The position numbers were made by a program, and so were the translations under genes. The notes beneath the pieces were generated by a model, which made no database searches, was not told the origin of the DNA, and saw only the letters and a list, made by a program, of their open reading frames with translations. From contig NW_021836704.1 in NCBI RefSeq assembly GCF_006345805.1, forward strand, positions 1 through 23,884: 23,884 nt of DNA, given 5' to 3'. Source of the stretch: Octopus sinensis (Eukaryota). Shown piece by piece: positions 10,487-23,884 of this stretch. Each line of letters opens with the position of its first letter. Positions within the stretch are counted from its first letter, which is position 1.

Positions 10487-10564
10487 CACACACACACAAA
10501 TGTATGTATGTATGTATGTATGTATGTATGTATGTATGTATGTATGTATGTATGTATGTATGTA
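10487..10564. repeat. (CA)n then (TATG)n microsatellite
   Basis: Direct inspection. Confidence 0.95.
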
Positions 10565-11130
10565 TAAGACGGCTTCTTTCAGTTTCCGTCTAGCAAATAC
10601 ACCCACAAATTATTTTCCCCTATCCTTTCCTACGTTTCGTACTTTTACTCTGTTAATTTCGATGTGATTCAGAGGGTAGCTTTCTTTTATTCCCAACCGT
10701 ATTTACAAAGTAGAAACCCTGATATTACCCAAATGTGGTTTAATATGACAGTAAATCCGACGTTTACATTATCCAAGTATTCGGTTCTTTTGCATTTCAG
10801 TGACCAGGTGGCAGACAGTACGACGAAAACTTCAACACCAAGTAATATTAAGCGTACATGGCCTTAAGTCTTTGTATCTTTTCGAATGACTAATACGAGT
10901 CTCCAATGCTGTGTTTATTTTAGATCAACACTCGGAGGCAGATCAAATCACTTGTCTAACATCTACACCTCAGAAATCATTTACGTGCTTTGGTGTTGTT
11001 ATTTTATAATTGTGACTCGCGGTGAGATTAATCTAATTAAATCTCATTACTGAATTATTTCGCGACGTCGTAATATCTTATTCAACGATAAACATAGTAT
11101 GGTTTTAATGTTTTCGCTAATTATGTAGGG

Positions 11131-11408
11131 CAGCAAGTCTCAACTGGGGTTCATATGACGTTTGGGGGTCCGTATAATATTTTATTGCTAAAGTTTATGT
11201 GAAATAAACTGTGGTATTTCTACAAACAGGAAATGTTTTATCAATGTTTTTTATACAATTCCTAACAAACAGAATGTTTTTATTAACAGTGATCTCATAA
11301 TCACAGACAGACTTTGGTGTTAAAATGAATGTAACTTTACTCTCATTTATTCAGGTCAAATGGAAATCAAACAATTCCCATAGGTAAAGAAATGGTTGAG
11401 AACCGCAG
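11131..11408. mobile_element. hAT-like MITE, ~280 bp, degenerate
   Basis: Ends cagcaagtctcaactgggg and ggttgagaaccgcag resemble CAGTGGTTCTCAACC-type hAT TIRs; the 8-bp TSD is only partly conserved (atgtaggg/atgcaaaa). Confidence 0.5.
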
Positions 11409-11761
11409 ATGCAAAATATATCGGGTGATTTGTGGTTGTCTCTCAATATCTGAAGGAACCGGTATCAAGGAAAATAATCGTGGGTCGAAGTGACCTGAAT
11501 AAATGGGAGTAAAATTACATTAAATTTAGCACAAAAAGTCTGTCTGTGACTACGAGACCAATGCTATCAACAACCTTCTGCATAATTGTTGTAATTAATA
11601 AAATTGGTTGATTTTCTTACAATTTTATTTTTCTCTCAAACAAATGAGTCACTTAAACACAGATCCAAGTCCCAAGCGGTGCTTTTGCAAACTAAACTTT
11701 CTCATCAGCGTTGTGTTCTTCAAAGCAAAAGTTCCGGTTTCAACACAAACGCGCGCGCGCG

Positions 11762-11905
11762 CGACGGTCTTCTTACAGTTTCTGTTTACCAAATTTACTC
11801 ACAAGGGATTTGTCAGCCTGAAGTTAAAGTAGAAAACACTTGCCCAAGGTGCCACGCAGTGGGACTGAACTCGGAACCATGTGGGTGGGAAGCAAACAGT
11901 TTAAT
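11762..11905 (-). mobile_element. SINE family B head
   Basis: aaacacttgcccaaggtgccacgcagtgggactgaactcggaaccatgtgg. Confidence 0.8.
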
Positions 11906-11950
11906 ATCCAAAGCTGTTGTATAAAATGCCATTCACTTTCATTTACTAGG

Positions 11951-12321
11951 ATTCGCAACCGCGGACATACATTCGCAACCGTGGGTCTGCATTCGCAACG
12001 GAAGGCCTGGGTTCGCGACAGCGGGCCTACGCTCGCAACGGCGGGGCTGCGTTCATAGCAGCGGGCCTGCACTCGCAACATCGGTCCTGCATTAGTAACA
12101 ACGGTCCTGCGTTCGCATCCGCGGTCCTGCGTTCGCATCCGCGGTCCTGCGTTCGCATCCGCGGTCCTGCGTTCGCATCCGCGGTCCTGCGTTCGCATCC
12201 GCGGTCCTGCGTTCGCATCCGCGGTCCTGCGTTCGCATCCACGGTCCTGTGTTCGCAACCGTTGGTCTGCGTTCTCATCTGCGCACCCGCATTCGCAACC
12301 GCCCGGCCTACATTCGCATCC
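11951..12321. repeat. GC-rich 20-bp minisatellite, ~18 units
   Basis: Seven identical CGGTCCTGCGTTCGCATCCG units at about 12102-12240, with degenerate in-phase units on both sides. Confidence 0.95.
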
Positions 12322-12877
12322 AGACTTATGTAATGATTTCCAATTCACAAAAATTAATGACAACAAATAAAGTATGCAAATATTTAATACACAGTAGAGT
12401 TATTTAGTATTTTATTGAATTTTGAAAAAAAATAAAACAAACGATATATGAATGAAGAGATGTGCGAGAAAAAAGGGAACATTTGATATCTAATGTTGAT
12501 AACAAGATCTAAGACACTACTTTAGAGAAGTCCTTCGCAATAAGGCAAAACTGGCATCGGAGCGATCTGCTTCAGTGATTTCTTTTGTTTTTGGGGGGTT
12601 TTTTGGGGGTTTTTTTTCAGGTGTAGACTCGTCTCTCCTTAAACTACGCTAAATGGGTGTGCACGTGTGTTTTCATAGGTGTATAAAATTCTGAGTGTGT
12701 GTGTGTGTATGTTTGAGTGTATATATTGTATATAGATGTATTCATTCGAAGCTGGTTATTCACTCCGGTGGAGGAATGAATCCTCAGCTACATGTAGTGA
12801 GTACATGTATAAGAATACTTATTACGCCCGTTTATTTGTATACCCATACATACAGATATATATCATATAATTATAAG

Positions 12878-13048
12878 CGTGTGTATAAAATTATACACAA
12901 AGAGGAGAAACACTAAAAGGGATGCTGAAAAGGGATGTCAAATCATCAAACCACGAAGAAACAATCTTATTTATTTTCTTCGTGGTTTGGGGATTTGACA
13001 TCTCTTTCCGGCATGGTTCTCCCCTTTCAGTATAATTTTATACACACG
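12878..13048. repeat. Long imperfect inverted repeat (hairpin)
   Basis: Arms 12878-12961 and 12975-13048; 65 of 74 aligned positions complementary; 10-nt bulge 12912-12921; 13-nt loop. Confidence 0.95.
12970..12975 (-). terminator. Candidate polyadenylation signal AATAAA of the fasciclin gene
   Basis: First canonical AATAAA downstream of the stop (~525 nt); others are ATTAAA at 13126-13121 and AATAAA at 12836-12831; no transcript evidence. Confidence 0.35.
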
Positions 13049-13194
13049 TATATATTATAAAAATATTTGTGGTCGACGGACATTTCTTACCCACGCTGGC
13101 CACTGGTATACATTATTATTTTTAATAAATTTTACCATTTATATATATGTATATATATGTACCGTGTGGTATATAGGTATGGTAAATATGTATG

Positions 13195-13238
<44 letters not shown>

Positions 13239-13500
13239 ATATATAATATATCTATATATATTATATAATATTACATACACATATATATATACATATATAT
13301 GTGTGTATGTGTGTGTGCTGCGTATGTATATATGTATATTCATTGTATCTATCTGTTTGTCTCTCTGTCTGTCTGTCTGTCTATCTGTCTGTCTGTGTGT
13401 CAGTCGATCAAACTCTGTTCGTGACTACAAAAGGAAGCATGTGTGTATATGTGTTCACGTCTGTTCGTGCGTTTATATTTTTCTGCGATGTTGTTTTTGT

Positions 13501-22821
<9,321 letters not shown>

Positions 22822-22839
22822 CTGAAATTGAGAGTCAAA

Positions 22840-22910
22840 TGTATGTATGTATGTATGTATGTATGTATGTATGTATGTATGTATGTATGTATCTATCTAT
22901 CTGTTTATCA

Positions 22911-22967
<57 letters not shown>
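22840..22967. repeat. (TATG)n/(CT)n/(CA)n compound microsatellite
   Basis: Direct inspection; lies directly upstream of the acceptor at 22822. Confidence 0.93.
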
Positions 22968-22984
22968 ATGATTTTTTGGTGGTG

Positions 22985-23141
22985 GGGTCAGTCGATTAGA
23001 TCGACCCCAGTACGCAACTAATACTAAACGTATCGACCCCGAAAGGATGAAAGGAAAAGTAACCTCTTCGAAATTTGAACTCAGAACTTAAAGGCTAAGC
23101 ATTTTGCCCGGCGTACTAACGTTTCTGACAGCTCGCCGCCT
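22985..23141 (-). mobile_element. SINE family A with internal deletion
   Basis: atcgaccccgaaaggatgaaagg...tttgaactcagaac...gacagctcgccgcc. Confidence 0.82.
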
Positions 23142-23349
23142 CAATTAAGTGCAATATTAACGTAAATGTAGAGCGCCCTCTGTATTCTTTCAACTGAAAC
23201 AAAATGACACGATACTAATATAAGGGAGATAAATTTTTAAAAGATCCAAGGGAGATAATTGTATTTTCTTCCTCGGACGCCTTTTGAATTTTACGAGGAG
23301 AAAATATATTGTAGTTTTATATATTTTACAGTTTATCTTATATATTTTC

Positions 23350-23520
23350 CTTTTTTAGTCATTAGACTGCGGCCATGCTGAAGCAGTGTCTTGAGGAATT
23401 TTAGTCGAACGAAACGACACCAGTGTTTATTTTTCTTTTTAAAGCGTGGTACTTACTCTATCGGTGTCTTTTGCCGAACCACTACTTAACAGGGGGCATA
23501 AACACACCTATACCCGTCGT
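23350..23520 (-). mobile_element. SINE family B tail/body
   Basis: agtcattagactgcggccatgctg...ttagtcgaac...tatcggtgtcttttgccgaacc; short tail pieces also at ~110-160 (+), 7610-7660 (+) and 20855-20890 (-). Confidence 0.7.
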
Positions 23521-23554
23521 GAATTACTGGTGGACAACAAAACACACTCAAAGA

Positions 23555-23701
23555 TACACACACACACATACACACATACACACACACATACATACATACA
23601 TACACACATACACACATACACACATACACACATACATACATACATACATACATACATACATACATACATACACACATACATACATACATACATACATACA
23701 T
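23555..23701. repeat. (CA)n/(CATA)n microsatellite
   Basis: Direct inspection. Confidence 0.95.
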
Positions 23702-23884
23702 AGACAAAGAACATGCTGTCTTCACTTCAGCTCAGAAACACTGAGATAAAATTATACTAATGTGTCCATCTGTTTTAATTTAATTTTAATTCTATTTATT
23801 TATGGAGTTAAGGATTGCTCTGCATTTAAGTTGATGTAATGGTTGCATTGTTCAATTAAATGCAATCGCTTGAAACGATCGTAT

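Noticed and set aside
11951-12321. CRISPR array, or a repeat protein from the ORFs at 11824-12366 and 12027-12278
   Set aside because: Units are contiguous with no unique spacers, there are no cas genes, and the context is eukaryotic. A 20-bp period is not a multiple of 3, so the ORFs cycle through frames.

Overview
AT-rich, microsatellite- and SINE-dense eukaryotic genomic DNA, inferred to be octopus from the tRNA-derived SINE families and repeat landscape (species not determinable here). The main feature is the 3' part of a minus-strand TGFBI/periostin-like fasciclin (FAS1) gene: 9 exons (22821-22671, 21264-21121, 20504-20292, 19032-18896, 18369-18196, 17082-16984, 16083-15934, 15452-15374, 13673-13501) with GT-AG introns and fully consistent phases, 1320 nt ending in TAA. 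Its 5' exons lie beyond the right edge. The second exon in the window has compensating indels and an in-frame stop in the FAPTN motif (assembly error or true lesion), and the last FAS1 domain is shortened. Downstream of the stop is an ~170-nt hairpin with AATAAA at its loop, then a GC-rich 20-bp minisatellite. The left half holds a dead ~1.29-kb mariner, an R4/Dong-like LINE 3' fragment, a tRNA-Gln(TTG) pseudogene, a hAT-like MITE, many SINEs (several dimeric) and a GC-rich triplet block with promoter-like motifs. A decayed minimal hammerhead-ribozyme-like motif lies in one intron. Most ORFs in the supplied track are microsatellite artefacts.
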